From: an uncultured Planctomycetota bacterium
GTDB lineage: Bacteria; Planctomycetota; Planctomycetia; Isosphaerales; Isosphaeraceae
NCBI GenBank assembly: GCA_963737655.1
Contig: CAVTTN010000002.1
Location: forward strand, 7,424,001 to 7,488,000
DNA: 64,000 nt
Reading direction: 5' to 3'
Under the pieces are notes generated by a model. It ran no database searches. It saw nothing but the letters and a program-made list of their open reading frames with translations, and was not told the origin of the DNA. Position 1 is the stretch's first letter, and each line of letters begins with the position of its first letter. Of this stretch, positions 32,448-42,907 are shown one piece after another. A program made the position numbers and the translations under genes.

Positions 32448-34742
32448 GGTTCGAACGCCTGTATCGGGCCAGCATGTATTTCATGCTCTTCCAGGCCACG
32501 CTCCTGCTGAGCCTGGACATCGCCCGGGACAACCGCCTGGCGATGCTCTACCCCGTGGCCGTCGCCGTGGGCGGGGTCGTGGCCTTCCTGTCGGTCGATC
32601 GCTCCCGGGGGTTCGCCCTGCCTCGCGACCTGGCGAACTTCCTGGGGATCGTCTCGTTCGGCGTCGCCCTGATCGAATACTCGCGGGACACCGCCTATCA
32701 GCTCCTGGCGCTGGGCCACTTCCTGGTCTATCTTCAGCTCATCAAGTATTTCCTGCAGAAGACCGTGGAGGACGACTGGTATCTGTTCCTGCTCGGGCTG
32801 GTGGAGGTGGTCATCGGCGTGTACATGAGCCAGAGCGACGAGGTGGGGATGCTCCTGGTCTCGTGGACGGTCACGACCCTGTGGACGTTCGGGCTGTTCC
32901 ACCTGAGGAGGGAGGCGCTCCGCGAGGCGACCTCGCCCGGGGCGATCATCTCGCCGGCCCCCTCGGCCGAGGAGCCGTATCCCGGTCTGTTCCGGCCGTC
33001 GTTCATCCTGGCCACCCTGGCGATGGCGGCCCTGACGATGGTCCTCGGCGGCATCATCTTCCTTCTGATGCCCCGGTGGCAGTCGCGGGCGGGCCTGAGG
33101 CCCGGGATCGCCCCGGCGACCCGGCACCTGACCGGCTTCAGCGACCGCGTGAGCCTCGGCCAGATGGGCGAGATCCTCGAGAGCGACAACATCGTCATGA
33201 CGATCGAGCCTCCGGGACGAGGAGGACAAGCCGGCCGCCCCGCCCGAGGAGCTCCTCTGGCGAGGCGTGACGATGGTCCACTACGACCCGGGGAGGAAGA
33301 CCTGGAACCGCGCCCGCCTCCAGGCCATGCTCGGCACCGACCTCCGGCCCGAGATCCCGGCCGGGACCCGGGAGTATCGCCAGAGGATCAAGCTCGAACC
33401 CAGCGACAGCGACGCCCTGTTCGCCCTGGCGCCGATCCTCCGGGTCGGTTCGAAGTCCATCGGCGACATCGGCATGAACCGCTTCGACGGCACCCTGTTC
33501 CGCCGCGACCTCCGCGGCGAGTTCCGCGGCGAGTTCGGCGACCCGGGGGGCAGCCGGCCCGGCGCGTTCGATTACGTCGTCCGCTCGGCCGTCCAGCCCG
33601 ATCAGACCCAGTTCGGCGAGGCCCCGCCCGAATCCGACCAGATCGAAGGGCTCCTGACCGTCCCCGAGGGGATCGAGGGGCCGCTCCACCGGATCGTCGA
33701 TCCGATCATCGCCTCGGCGGAGGGCTCCGATCGCGAGCCCGACCTGGCCAGGGCCCGGGCCCTGGAGCACTTCCTCCGGGACGGCGACTTCACCTACACC
33801 CTCAAGATCAACATCGTCGATCCGACGATCGACCCGGTCCTCGACTTCGTCCAGAATCGCCGGGAGGGGCACTGCGTCTACTTCGCCAGCGCCCTGACGC
33901 TGATGTGCCGGACGGCCGGCATCAAGGCCCGGATGGTCAACGGCTTCAAGGGCGGGGACTGGAACGACCTGGCCAACGTCCTGGTCGTCCGGGAGAAGCA
34001 CGCGCATAGCTGGGTCGAGGTCTACCTCGGCAAGGACGCCAAGGGCCGCCCTCGCTGGCAGACCCTGGACCCCACCCCCGCCCGGCAGCGAGACGACGCC
34101 GTGGCGAAGGTCGCCGGAGGAGGCCCCCGCTTCCGGTCCCTCTGGGACTCGATCCGGGCCCGATGGGCCTTCGACGTCATCGGCTTCGACCGCGACCGTC
34201 AGGAGAGGAACATTTACGGCCCGCTCCGCCAGCTCGGCCAGTACGCGATGGAGGGCTTCAAGATCATCGGCGGGATGCTCCGCCAGGCCCTCTCGTTCTT
34301 CTACTTCGAGGACTACACCAACTTCTTCAGCCTGAGAGGGTCGCTCGTCCTGATCCTGGCGATGATGGCGGTCGTCGGGGCGATCCGGGGGCTGATGTGG
34401 CTGATCGCCCGGGCCCGAGGACGGTCGGGCAAGGGGCGGAGGCTCGCCGGCTCGCTCGATCCGGGCGTGGCGTTCTATCTCCGGATGGTCCACGCCCTGG
34501 CCGGCTACGGCCTGGAGCGCCCGGAGGCCGAGACCCCCCGCGAATTCGCCCGGAGGGCCTCGCTCTTCCTGGCCGACCGCGACCGGGCGCCCGGAGGGCT
34601 CGACGCCGTCCCCCCTCGGGTCGTCGATGCCTTCTACGCCCACCGATTCGGCCGGCGGGACATCCACCCGGACGCCCTTCGCGACCTGGAGGCCGGCCTC
34701 GACGCCCTGGAGGCCGGCCTGGGCCGGGCTTCGACCGCCTGA
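32444..34742 (+). CDS. TgpA-like membrane transglutaminase (DUF3488 + transglutaminase + DUF4129; frameshift ~33210)
   Basis: N-terminal TMs, TGFSDRVSLG, catalytic GHCVYFA / HAHSWVEVY / LDPTP, C-terminal ETPREFA; ATGA coupling to the DUF58 gene. Confidence 0.88.
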
Positions 34743-35453
34743 TCACGCCGCGGTCCGCCGGGCCTGGCGATCGGCGACGTCCCCCGGGGGCGCCTCGGAT
34801 CGAGGTTCGACGACCGGCAGATGCCGGAGCACGAAGAGGTAATGCGTCGCCGCCCCCGCGATCACCAGGACGTGGAAGATCTCGTGGGGGCCGATCACGT
34901 TCGCCCAGAGCGAGGGCCAGTGGGTCACGTGGAAGATCGCGCCCACGCTGTACAGCACGCCTCCGGCCGGAAGGGGGCGGAGGCTCCGCCGGTTCATCCT
35001 GGAGGCCATCCCCAGGTAGCACAGGGCGCCTTCCCAGCCCATCGCCAGGTACATCGAGGTGGCCACCGGCGCCGGCAGGGGGCCGAGCGTGGTGATCAGG
35101 CACAGCCAGACCGCCGCGCCCAGCCACGCCAGCGTCAAGGCGATCGCCCCGGCGCGGACCGGCATCAGGTGCCGGGCGATCGGCGTATACGTCCCGGCGA
35201 TCAGCAGGAAGATCGCGATGTGATCGAGTCGGATCAACGCCAGGGACGGCTCGCCCATCGCGGCCGTCGCGTGGCAGGCGGCACTCGCGGCGAAGCACGA
35301 GGCCAGGCCGAACCCATAGACCGCCGCGCTCAGGCGACGGGCGGGATCGGGCCCGCACCGCCTCCAGAGATAGGCCGCCGCGGGGATCGACGCGAGGAAG
35401 GCCAGCCCGTGAGAGCCGGCCGACACATATTCGCGGAGGTCGGGGACGCCCAT
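34743..35453 (-). CDS. Hemolysin III / PAQR family membrane protein
   Basis: SAGSHG, S-x-x-x-H, RLDHIAIFLLIAGTYTP, YLAMGW, GGVLYSVGA, HEIFHVLV. Confidence 0.92.
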   Translation of the reverse strand: MGVPDLREYVSAGSHGLAFLASIPAAAYLWRRCGPDPARRLSAAVYGFGLASCFAASAACHATAAMGEPSLALIRLDHIAIFLLIAGTYTPIARHLMPVRAGAIALTLAWLGAAVWLCLITTLGPLPAPVATSMYLAMGWEGALCYLGMASRMNRRSLRPLPAGGVLYSVGAIFHVTHWPSLWANVIGPHEIFHVLVIAGAATHYLFVLRHLPVVEPRSEAPPGDVADRQARRTAA

Positions 35454-35853
35454 GAGGACCCACCGTCCATCCGGGGAAGTTGAAGCGCGATCGCCCACGT
35501 CCTCGCCCGCGACGACGGGCGCGGCCGATGATCTCGCACATCCCCTTTACCAAACTCGGCAGGGCCCACGGCGGGCCTTGAGGCGATCGGGGCGGGGGAC
35601 GCAGCCCGGATAATCTTCTTACGAGCAAATCACGGGTCCGGGTCGCCGAATCATGGCTCCAATGGGGAATTGGGGGAGGGAAATTGGTGCCAGATCAATT
35701 TTATCGGACGAAAATCGATCGGAGACCCGTCCTCCCGGCTCCGCTCCCCCAATTCGCCCCGGCGGGTCGTCGCCCAAATCGGGGCGGTCGGCTAGGATGG
35801 GTCGATCGGATTGGCTCGGCTTCGGCCCGAAACCCTGGAGGCGAGGTTCCGTC

Positions 35854-37805
35854 ATGATTCGCATCCTCCCCATCGTCCTGGTCCTGACCCTGGCCGCCTG
35901 GCCGGGGGCGTCCCGAAGTCTCGCCGCCGACGGAGTGCTCGACGAGGCCAAGATGTTCACCCCGGGCGCCGTGGACTCGGCCAACGAGGCCCTGGCCGCC
36001 ATCGGTCGGGCCTCGGGATGGACCGTCACCATCCGCACGGTCGATTCGGTCCCCGGCGGCGACGTCGCGGCGTTCGCCTTGAGTCAGGCCCGCGCCGCGA
36101 ACATCCGCGGCCTGTATCTGGTCATCTCGAAGGCCGACCACAAGTTCTTCGCCCAACCCTCGCCCCGCGCGAAGTTCGCCTTCAACGCCGAGGCGATCGG
36201 CCGGATCAAGGCGGTCCTCGACCCGGCCTTCCGCGCCAAGGACTACGACAAGGGCCTGGCCGCCGCGATCGAGGAAATCCGCCAGATCGCCGTGTCCTCC
36301 AGGGCCCCGACCAACCGGGTGGGCGTGACGGACAAGGTCGGCATGTTCTCCCCCGAGGCGATCGTGGCCGCCGACGAGGAACTCCTGAGCCTCAACCATG
36401 ATACGAGCTGGCAAGTGGTCGTGGAGACCGTCGGCTCCCTCGGAGGCCGGACCGCCCTGGAACTCGCCGAGGCCGAGGCGCAGGCGGCCGGAATTCAGGG
36501 CGTCTTCGTCCTGATCGCCCGGGACGACCGGAAGCTCGCCATCCTCCCGATCGGCCCGGCCCAGCAGGTCTTCACCAAGGAAAAAGTCGCCGACCTGGTC
36601 GAGACCCTGTCCGCCGACCTCAAGGCCGGCAAGGCGGATCAGGGGTTGAAGGACGTCTCGGCCGGCCTTCGGAAGATCGGGGCCCCCAACGGAAACAAAC
36701 CGAGCACGGCCCTGGGCGAGGCCCCGAAAGCCAAGTCCAAGGCCGAAGGCCCGATGGCGAAGTCTGAATCCCCGAAGGCCAGGCAGGCCCCGCCGAAGAC
36801 CGAAGACTCTCCGCCGAAGGACGGCCTGACCGTCGGCCCCGGGCCGGCGCAATCCCCCCGCAGAAGGCCCAGACCCCGCCCCCAGCCCCTCCCGCGGCGA
36901 CCGAGTCGGACCAGGAACCCCTGGCGACTAGCTCGTTCGAGAAGAACCTGCCGCTCTATCTCGGGATCGGCGGAGGGGCCCTGATCGTGCTGTTCCTCCT
37001 GAGCCGGGCGTTCCGAAAACCCGCCGCTCCTGCCCAAGCTTCCTATGCCGCCCAGCCTTCCCCCGGACCGGGCTACGCCCCCGGCCCTCCGGCCTCTCCC
37101 CAGGCTTCGGGCTACCCGCCCGCTCCGGTTCGTCCGGCCGGATTCGGGCCTGGCCAACCGGGTTACGGTCAGCCGGGGTACGGACCGCCTCCTCCGGGCT
37201 ACGCCCCGGGCTACAACGCTCCGCCGCCCCCGGCCCAGGGAGGCGGCGCAGGCGGATTCGTCAGCGGGGCCCTCGGAGGACTCGGCGGGGCGATCGCCGG
37301 GAACTACATCTACGATCGCATGACCCACCGCCACGAGGACCAAGCGGGCCCCTCGCATTCCGCGCCATCTCACGGCAGCTATCCCGCCGACACCGGCGGT
37401 CCTCCTCCGCACTCAGACCCCTCGGCGTCCAGCGGCGCCCAGGACGCAAGCCGGGGAGTCGGCGGAAGTTGGGGCGAACCCGAGACACCGGCAGGCGGCG
37501 GAAGCTGGGGCGAGCCGCAGCCGGCCGATTCGCCCGGGGCCGAGGCGAGCTGGGGCGAACCCGAGGCACCGGCGAACGAATGGGTCGGAAATGACGCTCC
37601 CACAGGAGGGGGAAGCGACTGGAGCGACCCCCCCGCACCCGCCGAATCCACCGCCGAACCCGAATGGGGAACTCCGGAACCCCAGGCAGACACCGGAGGA
37701 GGGGCCGACTGGGGGAGCCCCGAACCCACCGACACCGGAGGAGGAGGCGAATGGGGAGGAGACGCCCAACCCGACTCCAACGACGGCCAGGAAGGGGGAT
37801 GGTGA
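35854..37805 (+). CDS. Tandem TPM-domain membrane protein with Pro/Gly-rich and acidic WG-repeat cytoplasmic tail (frameshift ~36860)
   Basis: Signal peptide, two repeats starting V-x-D-x-x-x-MF-[TS]P (TPM-like), TM LPLYLGIGGGALIVLFLL in the shifted frame, tail in ORF 36987..37805. Confidence 0.75.
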
Positions 37806-37852
37806 TCTCGATCCCGGGTCCGCAGTCAACCGACCGCGGACCGCGAAACCCT

Positions 37853-37880
37853 GCGTTCCCACGCCCCCGCGTGGGAACGC
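37853..37880. repeat. REP-like perfect hairpin (GTTCCCACGC...GCGTGGGAAC family)
   Basis: GCGTTCCCACGC-CCCC-GCGTGGGAACGC, 12-bp stem; a relative lies at 51137. Confidence 0.75.
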
Positions 37881-37928
37881 CGCCCTGAACCCCCTCGGCG
37901 ACTGCGAACCCGGGCTCCTCGCGAGCCG

Positions 37929-37970
37929 CCGATCGCGGATCGCCGAATGCGGACCGCCGACCGCTGACCG
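37929..37970. repeat. Six degenerate heptamer tandem repeats
   Basis: CCGATCG CGGATCG CCGAATG CGGACCG CCGACCG CTGACCG. Confidence 0.6.
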
Positions 37971-38058
37971 CAGCCCCCCCGTTTGGTATCGTCTGCACTT
38001 GCCCGAACTCACCCAATCCGATCCAGACCGACCCGCCGGAGCGAGTCCGAGGCCCTTC

Positions 38059-39216
38059 ATGCGCGTGACGCTCGTCACCGAGACGTATTTTCCCCAGGTT
38101 AATGGCGTATCCCGGACCCTCGGCCAGCTCGTCCGCGTGCTCAAGGAGTCGGGGGACATCGTCCAGCTCGTCCACCCGAACTATGGCGAGCCGGCCGACG
38201 CCCAGCATGCCAAGCTCGTCCGGTCGGTCAGCCTGCCGTTCTATCGCGAGCTGGTCCTGCCCCTGCCTCCGTTCGGAGGGGTCCGCCGGGCGATCGACGA
38301 GTTCGCGCCCGACATCGTCCACATCGCCACCGAGGCCACCCTGGGCCTCAGCGCTCTCCGGCACGTGATCCGTCGCAAGCTCCCCGTGGTTTCGAGCTTC
38401 CACACCAATTTCGACCAGTACACGGCCCACTACCGCGTCGGCTGGGCCCGGGGGACGATCTGGCGGTATCTCCGCTGGTTTCACAACCGGACGATCGAGA
38501 CCTATGTCCCGTCGCGGACGACGATTGCGGAGCTGGAAGCCCGAGGGCTGAAGCGGCTGGTGCTCTGGCCCCGAGGCGTCGATGGCCGGACGTTCCGGCC
38601 CGATCGGCCCGGTCGGCAGGTCGTCCGGGAGGCGCTGGGGTTCACGCCCGACGACGTCGTGATCGGCCATGTAAGCCGGATCGCGGCCGAGAAGAACGTG
38701 GGGTACCTGGCCGAGGCGCTGGAAATCGTCGCCCGGGACCGCCCCGAGGCGCGAATCCTGGTCGTCGGCGACGGCCCCGCCCGCCCCGGCCTGGAAAAGA
38801 GGCTGGGGCCGCTCGCCCGGTTCGTGGGCTACAAGTCCGGCGACGAGCTGGCCGACCATTACGCCGCCGCCGACGTCTTCGCCTTCGCCAGCCTGACCGA
38901 AACCTTTGGGAACGTGATCCTTGAGGCGATGTCCAGCGGCCTGCCGGTCGTCGCCGTGAAGGCCGGAGGGCCCGGCGACACCGTGAGATCGGGCGAGACG
39001 GGCCTCCTCGTCCAGCCGAACGAGCCGCCCTCCGCGTTCGCCGACGCGCTCAAGACCCTCGTGGACGACGCCCAGCTTCGCAAGGGGATGGCCTACCAGG
39101 CCCGGCTCTACGCCGAAGGCCAGACGTGGGAAGCCATCATGGGCGGACTCCGCGAACGATACTGCCGAATCCTGGGAGAAGCCTCGACGATCTGCGCGAA
39201 TCCAGACCTCAAGTAG
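38059..39216 (+). CDS. GT4 glycosyltransferase (MgtA/PimB-like)
   Basis: MRVTLVTETYFPQVNGVSRTL, HIATE, SFHTNF, RGVD, ASLTETFGNVILEAMSSGLP. Confidence 0.92.
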   Translation: MRVTLVTETYFPQVNGVSRTLGQLVRVLKESGDIVQLVHPNYGEPADAQHAKLVRSVSLPFYRELVLPLPPFGGVRRAIDEFAPDIVHIATEATLGLSALRHVIRRKLPVVSSFHTNFDQYTAHYRVGWARGTIWRYLRWFHNRTIETYVPSRTTIAELEARGLKRLVLWPRGVDGRTFRPDRPGRQVVREALGFTPDDVVIGHVSRIAAEKNVGYLAEALEIVARDRPEARILVVGDGPARPGLEKRLGPLARFVGYKSGDELADHYAAADVFAFASLTETFGNVILEAMSSGLPVVAVKAGGPGDTVRSGETGLLVQPNEPPSAFADALKTLVDDAQLRKGMAYQARLYAEGQTWEAIMGGLRERYCRILGEASTICANPDLK

Positions 39217-39346
39217 GGTGCATGCAATGCACCAACCACGCGGCGGCCGAAGGCCGCCTTCAAACGATCGACCTCCAAGAAGATTGGAGGCGATTTGGTG
39301 GGCGGCCGTCAGCCGCCGCATGGTTGGTGCATTGCATGCACCCTAC
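39213..39346. repeat. Inverted pair of GTAG-type REP elements (REPIN-like)
   Basis: GTAGGGTGCATGCAATGCACCAACCA ... TGGTTGGTGCATTGCATGCACCCTAC. Confidence 0.9.
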
Positions 39347-41022
39347 GCAGTCGGCAGATCGTCCGCGTCGCCGAGCCCGAAGCGTTCGATCCCCAGTTCT
39401 CGGAGGACGTGCTTGCGGATCTTCCCGGTGACCGTCCGGGGCAAGGCGTCCATCACCTCGACGTATTTCGGCACCTTGAAGTGGGAAATCTGCCCCCGGC
39501 AGAACCCCTGGATGTCCTCGCCGCTCAGGATTTCGCCCGATTTGGCCACGACCCAGGCCGAGACGACCTCGCCGTAAACCTTGTCCGGCAGGCCCACCAC
39601 CGCGACCTCGGCCACCTTCGGATGATGGCAGAGGTACTCCTCGATCTCCGGCGGATAGATGTTCTCGCCGCCCCGGATGATTAACTCCTTGCTCCGCCCC
39701 ACGATCCGATAATTGCCGTCGAGCCGCCTGCGGGCCAGGTCGCCGGTCGCGAGCCATCCATCGGCCGTCACGGCGCGGGCGGTGGCCTCGGGGTTCTTGT
39801 AGTAACCGGCCATCACGCCATGCCCCCTCACGTGGAGCTCGCCCGGCTCCCCCTCGGGCACCGGCTCCCCGGTGGTGGGGTGGACCAGGCGGACCTCCGC
39901 GCCGGGGATCGGAGAGCCGACCGTCCCGACGCGGACCTCGATCGGGTCGTCGGCCCAGGTCTGAGTGATGATCGGCGAGGCTTCCGTAAGTCCATACCCA
40001 ATCGTGATTTCCCTCGCGCCCATCCGCTCCACAACGTCCTTCATCAAGGGCAACGGGCAGGGGCTCCCGGCCATGATCCCGGTGCGGAGGCTGGAGAGGT
40101 CATGCGACGGGAACTCGGGGCAATCCAGTTGCGAGACGAACATCGTCGGCACCCCATAGATCGACGTGCACCGCTCCGAGGCGATCGCCGCCAGGGTGGC
40201 CTTCGCGTCGAACGTCGGCGCGGGGACGACCAGCGCCGAGCCATAAATGGCACAAACCGTGGTCCCCAGGACGCAGCCGAAGCAGTGGTAGAACGGCACC
40301 GGTACGCAAACCCGGTCCTCCTCGGTATATCGGACTCGTTGGCCGATGTAGAACGCATTCATGAGGATGTTGTGATGAGTCAACATCGCCCCCTTGGGCA
40401 GGCCGGTCGTCCCCGAGGTGAACTGGATGTTGAACACGTCGCCCGCCCTCACGCTCGCCTCGCGGTCCCGGTAGGAGGCGGCCGGCTCGACCCCTTCCAG
40501 GTCGCTCCACGAGATCCACCCCGGGCCCGGCTTCGGACCGATGGCGATCAGGCGTCTCAACAGGGGCAATCGCTCGCTCCGCCAGTGCCCGGCCATCGTC
40601 CCGACGACCTCCGGCGCGATCGTCTGGACCATCCCCACGAAGTCCGACGTCTTGAACGGCAGGCCCACAACCAGCGTCGCCACATCGGCTTGCTTCAACG
40701 ACTCCTCCAGCTCATGGAGCCGGTAGGCCGGGTTCACATTGACGAGGACGGCGCCGCTCCGGGCCGCCGCGAACTGGGTGACGACCCATTCCGGCGCGTT
40801 CATCGACCAGATCCCGACGTGCTCGCCCGGCTCCACCCCCATCTCCACCAGCGCCGAGGCCGCGCGATCGACCCTCCGGTCAAGCTCGGCCCAGGACCAC
40901 CGCAGGCCGAGGGCGGGAAAGACGACGGCGGGGTGATCTGGGTAATTTCGGGCGGTCTGGCGGAGCACCTCGCCCACGGTCCGGCCCGCGACCCACGGCG
41001 ATTGGTCGTCTTGACGAGTCAT
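39343..41022 (-). CDS. AMP-binding acyl-CoA synthetase
   Basis: IQFTSGTTGLPKG, GYGLTEASP, TGDL, IIRGGENIYP, TGKIRK. Confidence 0.93.
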   Translation of the reverse strand: MTRQDDQSPWVAGRTVGEVLRQTARNYPDHPAVVFPALGLRWSWAELDRRVDRAASALVEMGVEPGEHVGIWSMNAPEWVVTQFAAARSGAVLVNVNPAYRLHELEESLKQADVATLVVGLPFKTSDFVGMVQTIAPEVVGTMAGHWRSERLPLLRRLIAIGPKPGPGWISWSDLEGVEPAASYRDREASVRAGDVFNIQFTSGTTGLPKGAMLTHHNILMNAFYIGQRVRYTEEDRVCVPVPFYHCFGCVLGTTVCAIYGSALVVPAPTFDAKATLAAIASERCTSIYGVPTMFVSQLDCPEFPSHDLSSLRTGIMAGSPCPLPLMKDVVERMGAREITIGYGLTEASPIITQTWADDPIEVRVGTVGSPIPGAEVRLVHPTTGEPVPEGEPGELHVRGHGVMAGYYKNPEATARAVTADGWLATGDLARRRLDGNYRIVGRSKELIIRGGENIYPPEIEEYLCHHPKVAEVAVVGLPDKVYGEVVSAWVVAKSGEILSGEDIQGFCRGQISHFKVPKYVEVMDALPRTVTGKIRKHVLRELGIERFGLGDADDLPTA

Positions 41023-41134
41023 GGCGTTCGCTCCGGGAGAGCAGGGGAGTCGATCGGCCGATTCTTCGATTGCGGAAGGGGTTCGGACATGATCCACTGA
41101 AACCTCACGCCCGGATGGACCGAGGACGCTCGCC

Positions 41135-41718
41135 ATGCCCACGCCCCTCGACGTGCTCGTCTTCTATGGATCGGTCCGCACCGCCCGCCGGGGCATCGGC
41201 GCGGCCCGATTCGTCGCCAACTGCCTGAGCGACCGGGGCCACCGATCGACGTTGATCGATCCGAAAGAGGTCGGCCTCCCCCTGATCGACCGGATGTTCA
41301 AGGAATATCCCCCGGGCGAGGCGCCGAGGCTTTGGAGCGGCTCGCGACGCAAATTCGCTCGGCCGATGCCTTTGTGGTGGTCTCGGGCGAGTACAACCAC
41401 AGCATCCCTCCGGCCCTCTCGAACCTGATGGACCACTTCCTGGAAGAATACTTCTGGAGGCCGTCGGCGATCGTCTGCTACTCGGCCGGGCCCTTTGGAG
41501 GGGTCCGCGCCGCCATGCAACTGCGGGCGTTCCTGGGGGAGATCGGGGCGCCGAGCATCCCGTCGATTTATGCGATCCCCGGGGTCCAGGACGCCTTCGC
41601 GGAGGACGGCTCGGCGAAGGACGAGGCCCACCCTCGACGGATCGGCCGGTTCCTGGACGAGCTGGAATGGTTCGCCGAGGCCCTGAAGGCCCGCCGCACC
41701 GCTGGAGTGCCTTATTAA
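41135..41718 (+). CDS. NADPH-dependent FMN reductase (frameshift ~41325)
   Basis: YGSVRTARRG in ORF 41135; ADAFVVVSGEYNHSIPPALSNLMD and YSAGPFGGVRA in ORF 41332. Confidence 0.88.
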
Positions 41719-41771
41719 GCGTCGATGGCGGCCTGGAGGGCGCATCGTCGGCCTCCTCTCGTTCGGCCCGG

Positions 41772-42560
41772 TCAGGGCCTCTGGGACCAGGAAGGCGGCC
41801 GTTTTTCGAGGAAGGCTCGCATCCCCTCGGCCGCCTCGTCGCCGACCCTCGTCGCCGCGCTGATCGCCGCGGCCCCCCGGAGATCCCGGGGTCGGCTCGT
41901 GGCCTCGTCGATCAGCCGTTTGGTGGATTGGATGGCCCGGGGAGCACATTCGATCAGGGACGCGGCCAGCGCCTCGGCCTCCGGCCGGCAGGACTCGGCC
42001 GGGACGACGCGATTGACCAAACCCCAACGCTCGGCCTCGGTTGCGTCGATGCTCCGGCCAGAGACGAGCAGGTCTCGGGCCCGGCGGTCGCCGACCTGGC
42101 GGATCAGGTCGTGGAGGACGATCGCGGCGACCAGGCCGCGTCGGACCTCGGGGAAGCCGATCCGTGCCCCTTCGGCCATCACCACGAAGTCGCAAGCCAG
42201 GGCCAGGCCGGCACCTCCGGCCAGGGCGTCGCCATGGACGGCCGCGATCGTCGGGCCGGGGAAGGTGTGGAGCGCGTCGATCAAGTCGGCGATCCCCAGG
42301 GTGTCGGCGACGGCCCGCCGTTCCTCCTCCGCCGAGTCCCCCAGGACCGCCGCCTCCTTCAAATCCATCCCCGAGCAGAACGCCCGGCCCTCCGCCGCCA
42401 GGACCAGGCCCCGGACCTTGGGATCGGCGGCCAGGGCATCGACCGTATCTCCCAGAGAGGCCACGAGTTCCCGCGAAAGTGCGTTCCGCTTCTCGGGCCG
42501 GTTCAAGGTCAGAACCGCCACGGGGCCGCGATCGCTGCGGAGGACCAGAGGGCCGCTCAT
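41772..42560 (-). CDS. Enoyl-CoA hydratase (methylglutaconyl/isohexenylglutaconyl-CoA hydratase-like)
   Basis: LNRPEKRNAL, FCSGMDL, GGAGLALACD, FPEVRRGL, EGMRAFLEKR. Confidence 0.9.
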   Translation of the reverse strand: MSGPLVLRSDRGPVAVLTLNRPEKRNALSRELVASLGDTVDALAADPKVRGLVLAAEGRAFCSGMDLKEAAVLGDSAEEERRAVADTLGIADLIDALHTFPGPTIAAVHGDALAGGAGLALACDFVVMAEGARIGFPEVRRGLVAAIVLHDLIRQVGDRRARDLLVSGRSIDATEAERWGLVNRVVPAESCRPEAEALAASLIECAPRAIQSTKRLIDEATSRPRDLRGAAAISAATRVGDEAAEGMRAFLEKRPPSWSQRP

Positions 42561-42907
42561 GACGCCGGACTCCCTTCCGATTCCGGGCAAGGCACGAGCA
42601 TTTCGAGCAAGACCGTGCCCAGGGCCTTCCCCTGAGTGTCCAGCCGAAGCGACCGACTCGCGCCGCCGCCCAGGGCATCTTCGATCACGAAATTGTACGC
42701 GAGGATGTTGGGCAGCTCATGGCGGACCACGGCGCCGATCCCCATCGGGGCCAGGAACTCCGCGACGGCCTGGGCGGTGAGAGTCCGGCCGAGATGGGCG
42801 AAAATCGCCGGGTCGTCGGCCACCACGCCAATGTTGGCACGATTCCCCTTGTCGCCGGATCGGGCGTGGGCCAGGTCTCCCAGCCTCACAAGTCCTTGCG
42901 GAGTCAT
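42557..42907 (-). CDS. Stand-alone AtuA C-terminal-like (ferredoxin-fold) protein
   Basis: AHARSGDKGNRANIGV, NFVIEDALGGG-x-x-x-SLRLD-x-QGK; ATGA overlaps on both sides. Confidence 0.85.
   Translation of the reverse strand: MTPQGLVRLGDLAHARSGDKGNRANIGVVADDPAIFAHLGRTLTAQAVAEFLAPMGIGAVVRHELPNILAYNFVIEDALGGGASRSLRLDTQGKALGTVLLEMLVPCPESEGSPAS

Noticed and set aside
30929..34009. 1026-aa ORF
   Set aside because: Only the part from 32444 to ~33210 is real (TgpA N-terminus); the rest is off-frame.
36940..37020. PEP-CTERM-like exosortase substrate signal in the TPM protein
   Set aside because: The TM plus basic residues is followed by ~260 further residues and has no PEP motif; no convincing sorting signal was found in the window.
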